The notes below the pieces were generated by a model. That model ran no database searches, was not told where the DNA came from, and saw only the letters and a program-made list of their open reading frames with translations. 64,000 nt of DNA from Diplonema japonicum. Taxonomy: Eukaryota; Protista; Euglenozoa: Diplonemea. Each line of letters opens with the position of its first letter. Positions within the stretch are counted from its first letter, which is position 1. Positions 10,557 to 21,957 of the stretch are shown here, piece by piece. The stretch spans positions 124,001 through 188,000 of the forward strand of contig OZ025716.1 of NCBI GenBank assembly GCA_964019335.1. Direction: 5' to 3'. The position numbers and the translations under genes are program-made.

Positions 10557-11534
10557 ATGTCGGGGGTACTGTGGGTGGTGGCAGCGATGGCGCTCGGCCA
10601 AGGGACGTGCCCAACCGCGCCGGCTGTGCCTGAAGACAGGAGAGCAAATAAAAACAAAGCAATCATCTGCAGTTACAACCTGAAGTGGCTCTTCGATGGA
10701 GTCAACGACCGTGTGTCACCGTGGGACGTCCCACAGGCAGAGGCACACATCGTAGAGGTAGCCGCGGGCATGGATCAGGTCAATGCGGATGTGTACATCC
10801 TTGAGGAGGTGGAGGACTGCACAGTGGTCGAGGCAATGCGCAAGAAGATGACAAACGGCGATGACTATAAAGTATACATTGTGAAGGGTACTGATTCGTA
10901 CACCGGACAAGATGTTGCTTTGCTGACCAAAATCGACCCCATCATCGATTTGTACCGATCGAAGGCTAAAGAAGCGTTCCCAGTCACAGGCGGGACCTGC
11001 TCGTCGCCCTCTAGCCCCGGCACGACAGGTGTCTCGAAACATCTTGCAACCAAGATACAGCTCCGTCCCAACCTCATTGTCGGTATTGTGGGTGTGCATC
11101 TCTTGGCATGGCCTACTGATAAAACAAGATGCTCCAAACGGGAGGCGCAGGCAAAGGTGATCGCAGCCATTGCCACTGAGGTGAGCATAGGAGCGCAGGG
11201 TGTCATGGTGATGGGGGACTTCAACGACTACAGCGGGACACTGCTCGATGTGAAGGACCACATACCTGTCAGCAGGACGCTGGAGATCATCAAGGAGGCC
11301 ACCACCCCACCCATGCACGAGGCTGCCGTTGCTGTTGCCAAGGCGGACCGCAGCACGCACGGGACGGGGTCCCTCGGGAGCATGATCGACCACGTGCTGA
11401 TGTCGCAGTCGCTGGTCCCCTACATCGAGAGCGTCGCTATTCTGCACAACATCACCGCCTCTGACCACTTCCCTGTGGTTGTCGTTCTGAACTTCGAGAC
11501 CCCCGTCCCTGACACCGATGCGCCAGTCTGTTGA
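10557..11534 (+). CDS. Secreted endonuclease/exonuclease/phosphatase (EEP) family protein, truncated duplicate lacking stalk and TM
   Basis: Signal-peptide-like N-terminus, SYNLKW, ILEEV, MGDFND, IDHVL, SDHFPV. Appears identical to 13152-14110 up to about 11516. Confidence 0.75.
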   Translation: MSGVLWVVAAMALGQGTCPTAPAVPEDRRANKNKAIICSYNLKWLFDGVNDRVSPWDVPQAEAHIVEVAAGMDQVNADVYILEEVEDCTVVEAMRKKMTNGDDYKVYIVKGTDSYTGQDVALLTKIDPIIDLYRSKAKEAFPVTGGTCSSPSSPGTTGVSKHLATKIQLRPNLIVGIVGVHLLAWPTDKTRCSKREAQAKVIAAIATEVSIGAQGVMVMGDFNDYSGTLLDVKDHIPVSRTLEIIKEATTPPMHEAAVAVAKADRSTHGTGSLGSMIDHVLMSQSLVPYIESVAILHNITASDHFPVVVVLNFETPVPDTDAPVC

Positions 11535-12180
11535 GAATAACATCAACAGCATCCGAGGCGACAACCACACCAGCAGTACCTGAGACATCAATGCTGTCGG
11601 TGGCATCTGCAGTTCACGACCAGTCCACATCACGCATTACAGCAACAGATGACGAAGAAGACAAACAGCTTCTACAATGGAAAAAACAATCTACGTCATC
11701 AAGACGTACAAACCAGGGTCATCACACGACCTACCGCCTCACGAGAAAGCACAGAACTCCTTCGTGTCATAATCCACCATCTCCAAGTCAGAGGCAAGAC
11801 AAACCTCATCGGTACCATCAGAAGCGAAGCCTTACACAACAACATCGCAATGGGGCTTAACCCAGGAGGCAGACGCAGATGGAACCGAGCTTACAACGAT
11901 GTACAAGAACGCCTTGAGATACCTCCCTCCCTTGACAACTGTTTGGCACCATGTTAAACCATGGCCGACGAAAAACTACCACAAAGATGTTATTCCTTTG
12001 AAAGGTATTCCTCAGTACCACGACAGCCAGGAATACGCCAGTCACTACACTGTGTACAATTTGTTGGAACTGGACGATGCCAACACGCACGACATTCCGT
12101 TCGAAACAACTTCACGAATGCCCATCCTTTTTACTGTTCTTTTTCCTATCCTCTTGTGGTTGTCTATGTTTTTTTTTCTT
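11535..12180 (+). pseudogene. Internally deleted, frameshifted partial copy of the RasGEF gene plus part of its 3' flank
   Basis: Matches ~8294-8948 with indels (e.g. ccagatgttctc...gggcagac collapsed to ccaggaggcagac), then ~10247-10300. Confidence 0.9.
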
Positions 12181-13095
12181 GAACATGGGCCAGGCACCAA
12201 CGACGGAGGTATCGCACACGCAAGGATTCAGATGCGACCTGTGCAAGTCACCACACCCGGACACGGTGACCTTACTCCGCCATCAGCTGTATGAGTGCGC
12301 CTGTGCACAAGAGGAACTGGCACTAGACGGAATGGAGCCATTGCGCAACAGATCAGGATGGCCCCTATGTCTGGAGCTGCACGCGATACTGCCGAGGGGG
12401 CATGTCTTCGCACACCTGGAGAAGCTGCAGCGATACATGGCTGTAGTGGTCGGGAAACGGGATGTGGAGCTCATGCAAATAGACAACGCCAGCACACAGC
12501 CGCTGCCGTGGGTACGCGATGTGGAGGGAAGGAGATGCCTCGTGCCGACGGCGGGGGAGCTCGAAGGAGTGGGAGGAATCGTCGCAGAATTCTTGAACCC
12601 GCTGCTGCAGTGGTTGTCACAGCTACGATGGGTGAAGGAGGACACCAGCTCTGAAGTGTCAGCGGTGGAATTGGCCATCGACTTCGAATGGACGACAGGC
12701 AAGTTACTGGGAGGTCTGCTGGAAGATAGGGCTCGCAAGATCAAAGCACTGATAAGAAAGCTGAACGCGGCATGCAGAGCACGGAAGAAGCCACGCCCCT
12801 TCCCGGCGGATGAACAGAAGAGAGTGAAGTCCCTCATCGCAATAGGTGGGAAAACGACTATGGGTTTCGCCAGGAGGCCCATCTTCGCCACCCACTCCAC
12901 GCACGACAAGCTGATGGAACTGAAAGCCGCTTACAAGCGAGACCGCATCACGCGACTCCGCAAGACGCTCAAGGCCTCGATTGGAACGAAAGCAATGCTC
13001 CAGAAGGGGAGTATAAATAGATAGCCCCCCCAACCCACCCAAGGGCGGCCCTCCATGAGGGGGTTTGTCCTGCACTTTGAGTTTCTTCTTCTTTT
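12181..13095 (+). mobile_element. 5'-truncated non-LTR retrotransposon fragment (C-terminal zinc finger and tail)
   Basis: CDLC...LRHQLYEC zinc finger typical of the post-RT region, ELAIDFEWTTG and GFARRPIF. Homologous to fragments at 46620-47655 and 59034-59728. Confidence 0.65.
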
Positions 13096-13151
13096 TTTTT
13101 CAAAAAAAAAAAAAAAAAAGCCCCTACACCTTTTTAAAAGAATTTATCACA

Positions 13152-15488
13152 ATGTCGGGGGTACTGTGGGTGGTGGCAGCGATGGCGCTCGGCCAAGGGA
13201 CGTGCCCAACCGCGCCGGCTGTGCCTGAAGACAGGAGAGCAAATAAAAACAAAGCAATCATCTGCAGTTACAACCTGAAGTGGCTCTTCGATGGAGTCAA
13301 CGACCGTGTGTCACCGTGGGACGTCCCACAGGCAGAGGCACACATCGTAGAGGTAGCCGCGGGCATGGATCAGGTCAATGCGGATGTGTACATCCTTGAG
13401 GAGGTGGAGGACTGCACAGTGGTCGAGGCAATGCGCAAGAAGATGACAAACGGCGATGACTATAAAGTATACATTGTGAAGGGTACTGATTCGTACACCG
13501 GACAAGATGTTGCTTTGCTGACCAAAATCGACCCCATCATCGATTTGTACCGATCGAAGGCTAAAGAAGCGTTCCCAGTCACAGGCGGGACCTGCTCGTC
13601 GCCCTCTAGCCCCGGCACGACAGGTGTCTCGAAACATCTTGCAACCAAGATACAGCTCCGTCCCAACCTCATTGTCGGTATTGTGGGTGTGCATCTCTTG
13701 GCATGGCCTACTGATAAAACAAGATGCTCCAAACGGGAGGCGCAGGCAAAGGTGATCGCAGCCATTGCCACTGAGGTGAGCATAGGAGCGCAGGGTGTCA
13801 TGGTGATGGGGGACTTCAACGACTACAGCGGGACACTGCTCGATGTGAAGGACCACATACCTGTCAGCAGGACGCTGGAGATCATCAAGGAGGCCACCAC
13901 CCCACCCATGCACGAGGCTGCCGTTGCTGTTGCCAAGGCGGACCGCAGCACGCACGGGACGGGGTCCCTCGGGAGCATGATCGACCACGTGCTGATGTCG
14001 CAGTCGCTGGTCCCCTACATCGAGAGCGTCGCTATTCTGCACAACATCACCGCCTCTGACCACTTCCCTGTGGTTGTCGTTCTGAACTTCGAGACCCCCG
14101 TCCCTGACACCGCAACCCCAACTGCCGCCCCCACGCCGGCACCAGACACATCAGCCCCTGCCACCCCTGCTACCGATGTACCTGCCACCAATGCACCTGC
14201 AACCGATGCACCTGCCACTGGTGCACCTGCCACTGATGCGCCTGCTACCGATGCACCTGCCACCCCGGAGCCCGTAACGCCAGTTACTTCGGCTCCAAGC
14301 ACTGGTGCGCCTGCTACTGATGCACCAGCTACCGATGCACCTGCCACTGACGCACCTGCCACTGGTGCACCTGCTACCGATGCACCTGCCACCCCGGAGC
14401 CCGTAACGCCAGTTACTTCGGCTCCAAGCACTGATGCACCTGCCACTGATGCACCTGCCACCGGTGCTCCTGACACCACAGCACCTGTGACCAACGTGCC
14501 CATAACTTCTGCACCCGACACAAGTGCCCCTGTGACGGTAGCGCCTCGAACAGCTGTTCCGGGCAGCCCAGTTACAGAGGCACCTGACACACCTGTCCCA
14601 GTGACCGCAGCCCCTGTTACAACAGCTCCCGTTACAACAGCGCCTGCGACCAACGCGCCCGACACCAAAGCACCGGGCACACTTGCGCCAGCAACCGCTG
14701 CCCCTGCAACAGGCATCCCAGGTGTTCCACCTACCACTGCACCTAGTACAGCAATGCCGACATCTTCCCCTTCCACCAACCCACCGGTGACCGCAGCACC
14801 AACCAGCGCACCTTCGACTAATGCCCCAGCTACGGGAATCCCAGGTGTTCCCACTACACCTGCACCTGACACGATGGCACCCAAGACAAGCGCTCCTCTG
14901 ACTCAGGCTCCAGTAACACCGGCTCCTGCGACAGGTATACCAGGTGTTCCTCCAACCCCAGCGCCTGACACGGTGGCGCCGACGAGCCCTCCTGTGACCG
15001 CTGCCCCTGCTACTGGTATTCCAGGCGTACCCCCTACCCCCGCACCCGATACCGTGGTGCCAACAGTATCACCTGCAACAGGTGCTCCGAGCGCCTCCAC
15101 GCTTGCTCCTAATACAACGGTTCCCGCCACTGGTGCTCCAGTGACGGACACCCCGAAAGAGCCGAATGCTACCAATGCGCCTGCAACCCCCGAGCCAGAG
15201 CTGTCGAAAGGTTCGACACTCGAGCCGACTCCCGTGCCTGATACGGCAGAGTCGTCAAAGTGGTGGGTGTGGGTGCTGTGCGTGGCGGGAGGGTTACTCT
15301 GTGTGGGGGGTGCTGTAGCTGCTTGGATGAAGCACAGAGCCAGCCAGCAGATACGTATAAATGATATTTTGAACTCGAGCTTCGGCTCTGCGTCGGCGTC
15401 GATGGTCCCCATCGAACGAGTCGATAGCCCAGTGAACTTTTCTGACGGCCAGAAGGACACCGGACACCACCCCACCTTTGTGCTGTGA
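13152..15488 (+). CDS. Membrane-anchored EEP nuclease/phosphatase with Pro/Thr/Ala mucin-like stalk and C-terminal TM
   Basis: Same EEP motifs as the 10557 copy, followed by PATDA repeats, TM WWVWVLCVAGGLLCVGGAVAAWM and a short tail. Confidence 0.9.
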   Translation: MSGVLWVVAAMALGQGTCPTAPAVPEDRRANKNKAIICSYNLKWLFDGVNDRVSPWDVPQAEAHIVEVAAGMDQVNADVYILEEVEDCTVVEAMRKKMTNGDDYKVYIVKGTDSYTGQDVALLTKIDPIIDLYRSKAKEAFPVTGGTCSSPSSPGTTGVSKHLATKIQLRPNLIVGIVGVHLLAWPTDKTRCSKREAQAKVIAAIATEVSIGAQGVMVMGDFNDYSGTLLDVKDHIPVSRTLEIIKEATTPPMHEAAVAVAKADRSTHGTGSLGSMIDHVLMSQSLVPYIESVAILHNITASDHFPVVVVLNFETPVPDTATPTAAPTPAPDTSAPATPATDVPATNAPATDAPATGAPATDAPATDAPATPEPVTPVTSAPSTGAPATDAPATDAPATDAPATGAPATDAPATPEPVTPVTSAPSTDAPATDAPATGAPDTTAPVTNVPITSAPDTSAPVTVAPRTAVPGSPVTEAPDTPVPVTAAPVTTAPVTTAPATNAPDTKAPGTLAPATAAPATGIPGVPPTTAPSTAMPTSSPSTNPPVTAAPTSAPSTNAPATGIPGVPTTPAPDTMAPKTSAPLTQAPVTPAPATGIPGVPPTPAPDTVAPTSPPVTAAPATGIPGVPPTPAPDTVVPTVSPATGAPSASTLAPNTTVPATGAPVTDTPKEPNATNAPATPEPELSKGSTLEPTPVPDTAESSKWWVWVLCVAGGLLCVGGAVAAWMKHRASQQIRINDILNSSFGSASASMVPIERVDSPVNFSDGQKDTGHHPTFVL
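14110..15250 (+). repeat. Coding minisatellite (15-bp PAT[D/G/N]A units; 129-bp higher-order duplication)
   Basis: Repeated cctgc(c/t)ac(c/t)gatgca. cccgtaacgccagttacttcggctccaagcactg occurs at 14271 and 14400. Confidence 0.85.
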
Positions 15489-15534
15489 CCTGTCCTTAAC
15501 CGGCTATTCCTTACGAGAAACCTTTTCTTCAGAC

Positions 15535-15571
<37 letters not shown>

Positions 15572-17391
15572 ACAAAAAAAAATTGATCTAAGTCCACACG
15601 TCCGTTCCCTCCTCTCCCCCCCCCTTTTTTTTCTCTTCATATTATATAAAGGTCGTTTCCTACTTTGAGAAATATATATTGCAAAAAAAAAAAAAAAAAA
15701 AATAAGAATTTTAAAAAAAGTAAAATCTTATATTGAAAAAAAAAAAAAGAAAAGAAACACGGGACATACACGTTGCATCAGTGGTTTTCTTTTTGTGTCG
15801 GTTATGTGTATTTTTTTTTTCTTCTTTTTTTTTTTTGCGCAAATTCCCCGATACGATAGAAAAGAAGCGTGTGCCCTTGTTATGGTCAATGTGCTCGGGA
15901 TAGAAGATTTGGACTAGGGCAGTTACCTGTCCCCTAAGTTTTCACAAATCTCCGGTTACTTAATGGGGAATAATAATAATAAAAAGGAACAAAAACCTTA
16001 CCCATGTTTTTTATTATTATTTTTTTTTTTTTATGTAGTATTTTATTTTTTTTTTAAATGAAAAAAATTGTTTCTCAGTTTCAAACGCATATTCTTTCTT
16101 TTTTTTCTTTTTTTTTTTCTTTCCTTCTTCTGTCTTTTTTTTGTTTTGTTTTTTTTTTTTTTTTTTTTTTTTTTTTTCCTTCCCTTTTCACGAGCGTCCT
16201 TCTTTTTTTCGTTATGTTCTCACCTATGCTCGCAACTGGCGGTACCCTGTCTGATGGTAGTCCTGGTTTTTTTTTTTTTTTTTTAAAAAGAATCTTTTTT
16301 TTTTTGTGCACAAAATGGCGGGATTAATGTCTCCCCCATTTATTGTTTTTCTGTTTACTTTTCTTCCCTTTTTCTTTTTCTTTTTTTTTTTTCTAAACAA
16401 AAGGGGAGCGCAGCATCGTGCTTTTGCGGGGGTTGCTTTTTATTGTCGGTATTAAAAACTAGCTGAGGGCAGCGTAATGAGCTGCCATCGCGAACTAGTT
16501 TAACCCCCCCCGGCACATTCGAAGCAACAGTCAGTTCCTCTTTCTTCTAATTATCCTCCAAACGGATGAAATTTGTTCACGGAACAAAAGTAACAAACGA
16601 CTTGATTGGCTCTTTCCCCCCCTTTTTTTTTTCCATTATTTTTTTCCACGCTGTTGATTGAGTTACTTTAGCATAAGATTCCCCCTGATTTCTTCTTTTT
16701 TTTTGTTTCGTTTGCCAAAAAAAAAGGGTGGAATGGAAACCGATAAAAAGAAAAAAGAGAGAGAAAAAAAGGGGGGGGGGGAATAAAAAAAGAAGGGGAA
16801 AAAAAATAAAAAGAGGGGATGGAGAGGAGAAATCCCTTTTAAAGAAAATCTTAAAGCAAGAAAATCATAGCCGTTGTCCCCCTCCTTTTCCCCCCCACCT
16901 TTTTTTTTTGACTTTTTTTTTCCCGTTGTCTCCTTTTATTTCCCGTCGTTGTGTTTTACCTTTTTTTTTTTTTTTTTTTTTTTCGGTTTTTGCGTTGACG
17001 GCCTATAACCGGGACCACGCCCACCTTTTTAAAAAAAGGGGGAAAAAAAAAAAAAAAAAAAAAAAAAAGCTCTTGTTTTTTTTAAAATGTCTCTTTTTTT
17101 TTTCTGTCCTTCCCACAATTCAATCCAGTAAATCAGGATTTTTTTCTGGGGGGGAGGGGGGAGGTGTCGGAAGGGTTAATTTTTTTTTTTTCAGTCAGAA
17201 AAAGGGGGGGGGAAATTTTTTTTCTCCCCCTATCCCTACCCCTTTCTTTTTTTTTTTTCTTCTTTCTCCTTCCCGTTTCTATTTTTTTTTGTTTTGTTTT
17301 TGAAAAAGCAAATGCGAATCTGAACGACCAAAAGGGGGGTAGAGAGGAGGAAGAGTCCCTGTATGCAACCGATTTCTTTCTTCTCGCCTCG

Positions 17392-18126
17392 ATGAATATG
17401 TTGCCTGTTGATGCATTTCGCACCATTATGGGGCACTGCACAGCGCAAGAGATGGCCAAGTATTCGACAGTGTGCAGCACTTGGTACCGACGGTTCGAGT
17501 ATCGCCTACAACCTATCCGCAAACACTTATCGATCACCGGCCTCACCTGGCTGAAGAAGAAACATGAATTCAAAGACGCTTGGAAAACAATTCATCCCGG
17601 GCATCATGCTGCTAAAACTATAATAGTTCTCACCATGTCTAACCCAAAGGTGGGAGGGACCACCCTGTGCAGGGCCGTTGCGAAAGAATCCCCAAAGACT
17701 GAAACTCTCTTCACAACCGCCATTAGCAACGGGACAAGCAGCTTGACTTTGCAAATAATGACCGATGTGTGCAATCCGCACAGCAACCGCACCCCTCCCG
17801 GGTTCTTCATTCTCCTATACGATACGTCCAGTGTAGATTCTATTTTGTACTTTTCCCGAAAGGTGCTCTGTGGAGGGCCCTACATCTTGGTGGGGACGAA
17901 GTGCGACCTCCCCCCTGATCCTGTGGCCTCAGATCTTGCGGCGATGTTTGCGGAGTCCCTTGGTGTACCCCATGTCAGGACCTCCGCAAGGACATTGGAA
18001 GGGTTGCCGGAACTAATGGAGTTCGTCACTTGGCAGGCAGCAAGGCTCTCCGTTCAGTTTAAGCCGATCACCCTGCCGCCTCCCGAGCCCAAGCCCGTTT
18101 GTCACCATCCTTGCTGTCTGATGTGA
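17392..18126 (+). CDS. F-box + Ras-like (pseudo)GTPase fusion with CaaX
   Basis: F-box LPVDAFRTIMGHC...YSTVCSTW. Ras-like ILLYDTS, ILVGTKCDL and TSART. Degenerate P-loop SNPKVGGTT. Ends CCLM. Confidence 0.7.
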   Translation: MNMLPVDAFRTIMGHCTAQEMAKYSTVCSTWYRRFEYRLQPIRKHLSITGLTWLKKKHEFKDAWKTIHPGHHAAKTIIVLTMSNPKVGGTTLCRAVAKESPKTETLFTTAISNGTSSLTLQIMTDVCNPHSNRTPPGFFILLYDTSSVDSILYFSRKVLCGGPYILVGTKCDLPPDPVASDLAAMFAESLGVPHVRTSARTLEGLPELMEFVTWQAARLSVQFKPITLPPPEPKPVCHHPCCLM

Positions 18127-18240
18127 AGATTGGGTCCGCGATGCGGGGGGAGGAAAAAGAAAAAAAAAAAAAACGTTTATACCTTCCCTCTTGTTTCTTT
18201 TCGTGTCGCTCATGGTACAATTATCCCAATAATAAGGTGC

Positions 18241-18783
18241 ATGCCTGAAATAGGTCTTTGCGCTGACCTGCTGGTGGAGGTCGCTGCTTATCTGGGGTAT
18301 CGGGACCTTGCTACTTGCGGGAGGGTCAATGTAAGCTTCAGAAAGGCTGTTGGGCACAAAAGAGTGCTTTTAAATGCTATTGAAAACACAGAAGGCGGCA
18401 GCACAGTGTGCCATCGCCTCGTGGCAAGGATGAAGGCAGTCGTGGTAGCAGGCGGGGTCGCTGGAGTGCTGCCCCCCTCTAAGGTGTACGGGTTCCTTGT
18501 GATGACACACAAGCACCGGGCAACCTCCGTGGCCTTGCGCTCACGCCAGTCGGTGACGAACTGGCCCCTCAGCAACACTTACCCGCATGATTATATCTCG
18601 ATGATTAGAGCACAGATCCCACCCCTTCAAGCCAGGCTGGACACAATATTATCCTGCTTATCTTTAGGCGTTGCCAGCTTCGGCCCTGTGGCAGCCTCTC
18701 TGTCCCCTGCCCCGGTGTTGTCGGCAATGTGGCCTGACAGAATCGACGTCAACTCAAGTAAAAAAAAAGTTACGTTTCCCTAG
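18241..18783 (+). CDS. F-box-like domain protein
   Basis: LCADLLVEVAAYLGYRDLATCGRVNVSFR matches the F-box pattern. ATG at 18241. Confidence 0.55.
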   Translation: MPEIGLCADLLVEVAAYLGYRDLATCGRVNVSFRKAVGHKRVLLNAIENTEGGSTVCHRLVARMKAVVVAGGVAGVLPPSKVYGFLVMTHKHRATSVALRSRQSVTNWPLSNTYPHDYISMIRAQIPPLQARLDTILSCLSLGVASFGPVAASLSPAPVLSAMWPDRIDVNSSKKKVTFP

Positions 18784-18875
18784 CTATTTGTTTCGTTTTT
18801 TTTTTTTTTTCCAGGGAATGTAAAACCCCTTCATGAAAAAAAAAAAAGAGGAGGGAGCAGGGAAGAGGGGAAAAA

Positions 18876-21257
18876 ATGTTGTACGTACGAATCCCGCACA
18901 GCAACACCACGCAGGACGTGGAGCTGTCCCCTCACATCCTTATCGGCGACATAAAGAGGGCGGCATTAGAACGGCAAGGACTGCCCCCTGACAGGTTTGA
19001 GCTTGAGGACCAGCACGGCGTCGCATTACAAGACGCAGCGTACCTGGGATCGACAGGCCTGCACAACGGCGAAACGGTCGTGGTACGGCCAACAGAAGCA
19101 GCGAAAGCCGCGTGGTTCCTCGAAGAGAAAGGAGTGAGCTACGACTCAAAAAGCATTGAACGAGCGGTCTCAACTGGCAACATCACGTACATCGTGACAA
19201 TGTGCACGGCCAACAACACACCGGAAAAGGAAGCGAAACGCATCATCCCGGACTGCTACATCGAACGGGCCTGCAGAATGTCCCCTGACGAGGTGACACA
19301 TTCCTTCACATTAGGCGACAACTTAACACCTTTCAACCTGTTCGAGGAAGCACTATCTGTCTCCCTTCTGCCCGGGAAGGTGTACCGCATCATAGCAGAG
19401 TACCTAACAGGTGAAGAAGCAAGAACCGCTGTAATCAACAAACAGGAGATGACAGTAGTGGAGCTGTACGAGAAATCTTTGCAGCACACCCCTGATGACT
19501 ACGATGTACTCTACCGCCTCGCAAGGCTCACCACGAACCAACAAGACCGTCGAAAATTTCTCGTACCTGTAGTGGAACACGCCAAGAGCATGTCGTTACG
19601 CGCCCGTGCTGCCTACAAACTATGCAGAACGATGAGTGAAGGTGAAACGGTTGCTGTGGGAGGCCGAAACATGACAGCGATGAACCTGGTGAAGATCACG
19701 ATAGACAGGTTCCCTTCTTTTAGTGACGCGTACCACAAGCTGGCTTGGTTCGTCGGAGCCAGCCTGTCCGATTCCACAACCTTGCTCAACGGCGACGTTG
19801 TGACCGTTCAGTGGCTTTACACAGAAGCGATACACCGCGACCGAACCTTTGCGTACCCTTTCTGCGCGCTTGCCTCGCGTGTCGGGGGGTCAGACGTTGT
19901 GAAATTGAAAGACGGCCGCAGCATGACCAGCTCTGAACTATACCTCGAAGCCATTCGTCTCGACCCGCACCTTGCCGAATGCTACGTTGGGATCTCACGC
20001 AATCTCAAACCAGGCGAATCAATCACCATCGGAAGCGAACAGTTGTCCGCAGTCGGTTTATGTCTACGGGCTGTGGAAATGGATGTTGCCAACAGCTCAC
20101 CATACGTCCAGCTTGGAGTTCTAATGAACAACGCGACAGATACAATTGAGATAAAGGGTGTTAGCTACACACGGAGGGGGTTGTATTTAAAAGCTCATGA
20201 CGTGACTCCTACAAAACGAACGTGCTCTGCGTTGGCAAGGGACCTCAAGGGCAGCGAGAGCGTGGTGCTTCTGAACGGAGCCGTTGTAACCGCGTTCGAA
20301 CTGTACCTCCACGTGACGGAGCTGTCTCCGGGGAGCTCGTCAGGGTACTACAACGCCGGTTGCTGCATGGGGTACGGCGATGTTCACAAGGGAATGACAA
20401 AGCTCGACATGTTCCTCACCGCTTGGAAGAAATGCAACGGCACCCGAGCAGAGGTAATCCACAACATAGGATGCTGCCTGTCAATGGGCCGCACGTGTCT
20501 CATTGATGGAATTGCTTACGACGAACAAGCAGCGTTTCTCAAAGCGCTTAGCTTAGACATGACGGACCCCGACAGCTACTACAACCTAGCATGCGCCTTT
20601 GACTCCACCGACACCACAATCGATTCCATAACTCTGCCTTCTAATGAAACGGCCACACAAGTTGATCTTCTCCTCACTGCGATACGTCTGGACCCCCATG
20701 TTGCCCCTTACTACGGGAAGCTGGCTACCGTAATGCGAAGGAAGGGTCTTGAGACGATGGACCTCAACGGGGAAGTACTTTCCCGCAAAGCCGTCATCGA
20801 GCGCGGATTTGAACAGAACGACGCATTCAGTGACCCAAGCGTGTTCTTTGCAAGATTCCAGTCGGACGGTGCGAGGGAGGACCTTTTAAAATGCTGCGAA
20901 TTGATTATCACGGAGAACAAGCTGTTCGACCCTACTGTTTTGCCGGATGATCTTACTGTTGAAATCAATGATGTCCTGTATACCAAGGCCGATGTGATCA
21001 AGGTTGCTCTAGGGATGGACCCTTTTTGCGCGGAATATTACTTCGCGCTGGGCGGTCGGGACAATCTGATCAAAGCGATCGAAATAGACCCGTGGCGTGT
21101 GAAGTACTACCGTGCGCTCGCCTTGCTGATCGCCAGCACGGAGGTTCTGACACTTAACGAGGAGAAGCACACAAAGCGTTCTCTTCTCGAGTACGATTGC
21201 TGTGCCCCGTCTGCAGACAGTGTTCGGAAGAAACGCAGGATTTTGGGAACGGAATGA
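18876..21257 (+). CDS. Ubiquitin-like N-terminal domain + TPR-like repeat protein
   Basis: N-terminal MLYVRIP...IGDIKRAA...GLHNGETV. Repeated LYxEAIRLDP..A..Y..L units separated by short beta inserts. Confidence 0.75.
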   Translation: MLYVRIPHSNTTQDVELSPHILIGDIKRAALERQGLPPDRFELEDQHGVALQDAAYLGSTGLHNGETVVVRPTEAAKAAWFLEEKGVSYDSKSIERAVSTGNITYIVTMCTANNTPEKEAKRIIPDCYIERACRMSPDEVTHSFTLGDNLTPFNLFEEALSVSLLPGKVYRIIAEYLTGEEARTAVINKQEMTVVELYEKSLQHTPDDYDVLYRLARLTTNQQDRRKFLVPVVEHAKSMSLRARAAYKLCRTMSEGETVAVGGRNMTAMNLVKITIDRFPSFSDAYHKLAWFVGASLSDSTTLLNGDVVTVQWLYTEAIHRDRTFAYPFCALASRVGGSDVVKLKDGRSMTSSELYLEAIRLDPHLAECYVGISRNLKPGESITIGSEQLSAVGLCLRAVEMDVANSSPYVQLGVLMNNATDTIEIKGVSYTRRGLYLKAHDVTPTKRTCSALARDLKGSESVVLLNGAVVTAFELYLHVTELSPGSSSGYYNAGCCMGYGDVHKGMTKLDMFLTAWKKCNGTRAEVIHNIGCCLSMGRTCLIDGIAYDEQAAFLKALSLDMTDPDSYYNLACAFDSTDTTIDSITLPSNETATQVDLLLTAIRLDPHVAPYYGKLATVMRRKGLETMDLNGEVLSRKAVIERGFEQNDAFSDPSVFFARFQSDGAREDLLKCCELIITENKLFDPTVLPDDLTVEINDVLYTKADVIKVALGMDPFCAEYYFALGGRDNLIKAIEIDPWRVKYYRALALLIASTEVLTLNEEKHTKRSLLEYDCCAPSADSVRKKRRILGTE

Positions 21258-21501
21258 GCAAACAAAAAAAGAAAAAAAAAAAAAGAATGTTTCATAGTAA
21301 TTTTTTTTTTTTAAAAAATAAAAATAAAAATAAAAAAGTAGACACGACTAACTTCCTTCCCCCCAGCCCAATTATACTATCCAAAGGGGGGGAAAAAAAA
21401 AGTACTGTAAATCTCTTAATTTTCTTTTGAGAGATTTACACCATTTTATACTTTTTTTTTTTCGTGCGTGAGGAAAAAAAAAAAGGAGGGGGGGGAAAAA
21501 A

Positions 21502-21957
21502 ATGTCTGTCGAGATAGTTCAGGTGAAAGGGAAAGCCGCAGTAAAGATAATTGAGCAGATAGAACAGCTTGAGAAGAAGGTGTTCCCGAAACATGAGGTG
21601 ATGGACGTCGCACGCGAATCGAAAAAGCGAAACGTGGTGACCCTCGCAGCTGTAGAGGGCGGTGCGGCAGTTGTAGGGTACTTGCTTTTCTGCGTGCGTG
21701 ACTCAGCTGCTGATCTCATTAAGCTTGCGGTCTCCACCGAAAAACGAGGACAGGGCATTGGTGACAGCTTGCTAGCTACCTCACTCACATACATGGTAAA
21801 GCAACGACTGACCGCATGCAAACTGCACGTGGCAGCTGAGGGCCGTACACCTGCCCAGTCCCTCTATGCGAAACACGGTTTCGTAACTAAGCAAGAGATT
21901 CCCTCTTACTACAGGGAAGGGAGGTCGGCGGTAGTGATGGAAAAAAACCTTTTGTGA
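21502..21957 (+). CDS. GNAT acetyltransferase, RimI-like
   Basis: LAVSTEKRGQGIG acetyl-CoA motif, LHV...PAQSLYAKHGF, SYY. Confidence 0.9.
   Translation: MSVEIVQVKGKAAVKIIEQIEQLEKKVFPKHEVMDVARESKKRNVVTLAAVEGGAAVVGYLLFCVRDSAADLIKLAVSTEKRGQGIGDSLLATSLTYMVKQRLTACKLHVAAEGRTPAQSLYAKHGFVTKQEIPSYYREGRSAVVMEKNLL

Noticed and set aside
14110-14480. CRISPR-like periodicity
   Set aside because: Tandem coding repeats without unique spacers; no cas genes; eukaryotic context.
14015-15640. Minus-strand Gly/Ala/Val-rich ORFs
   Set aside because: Antisense reading of the PAT repeat stalk.
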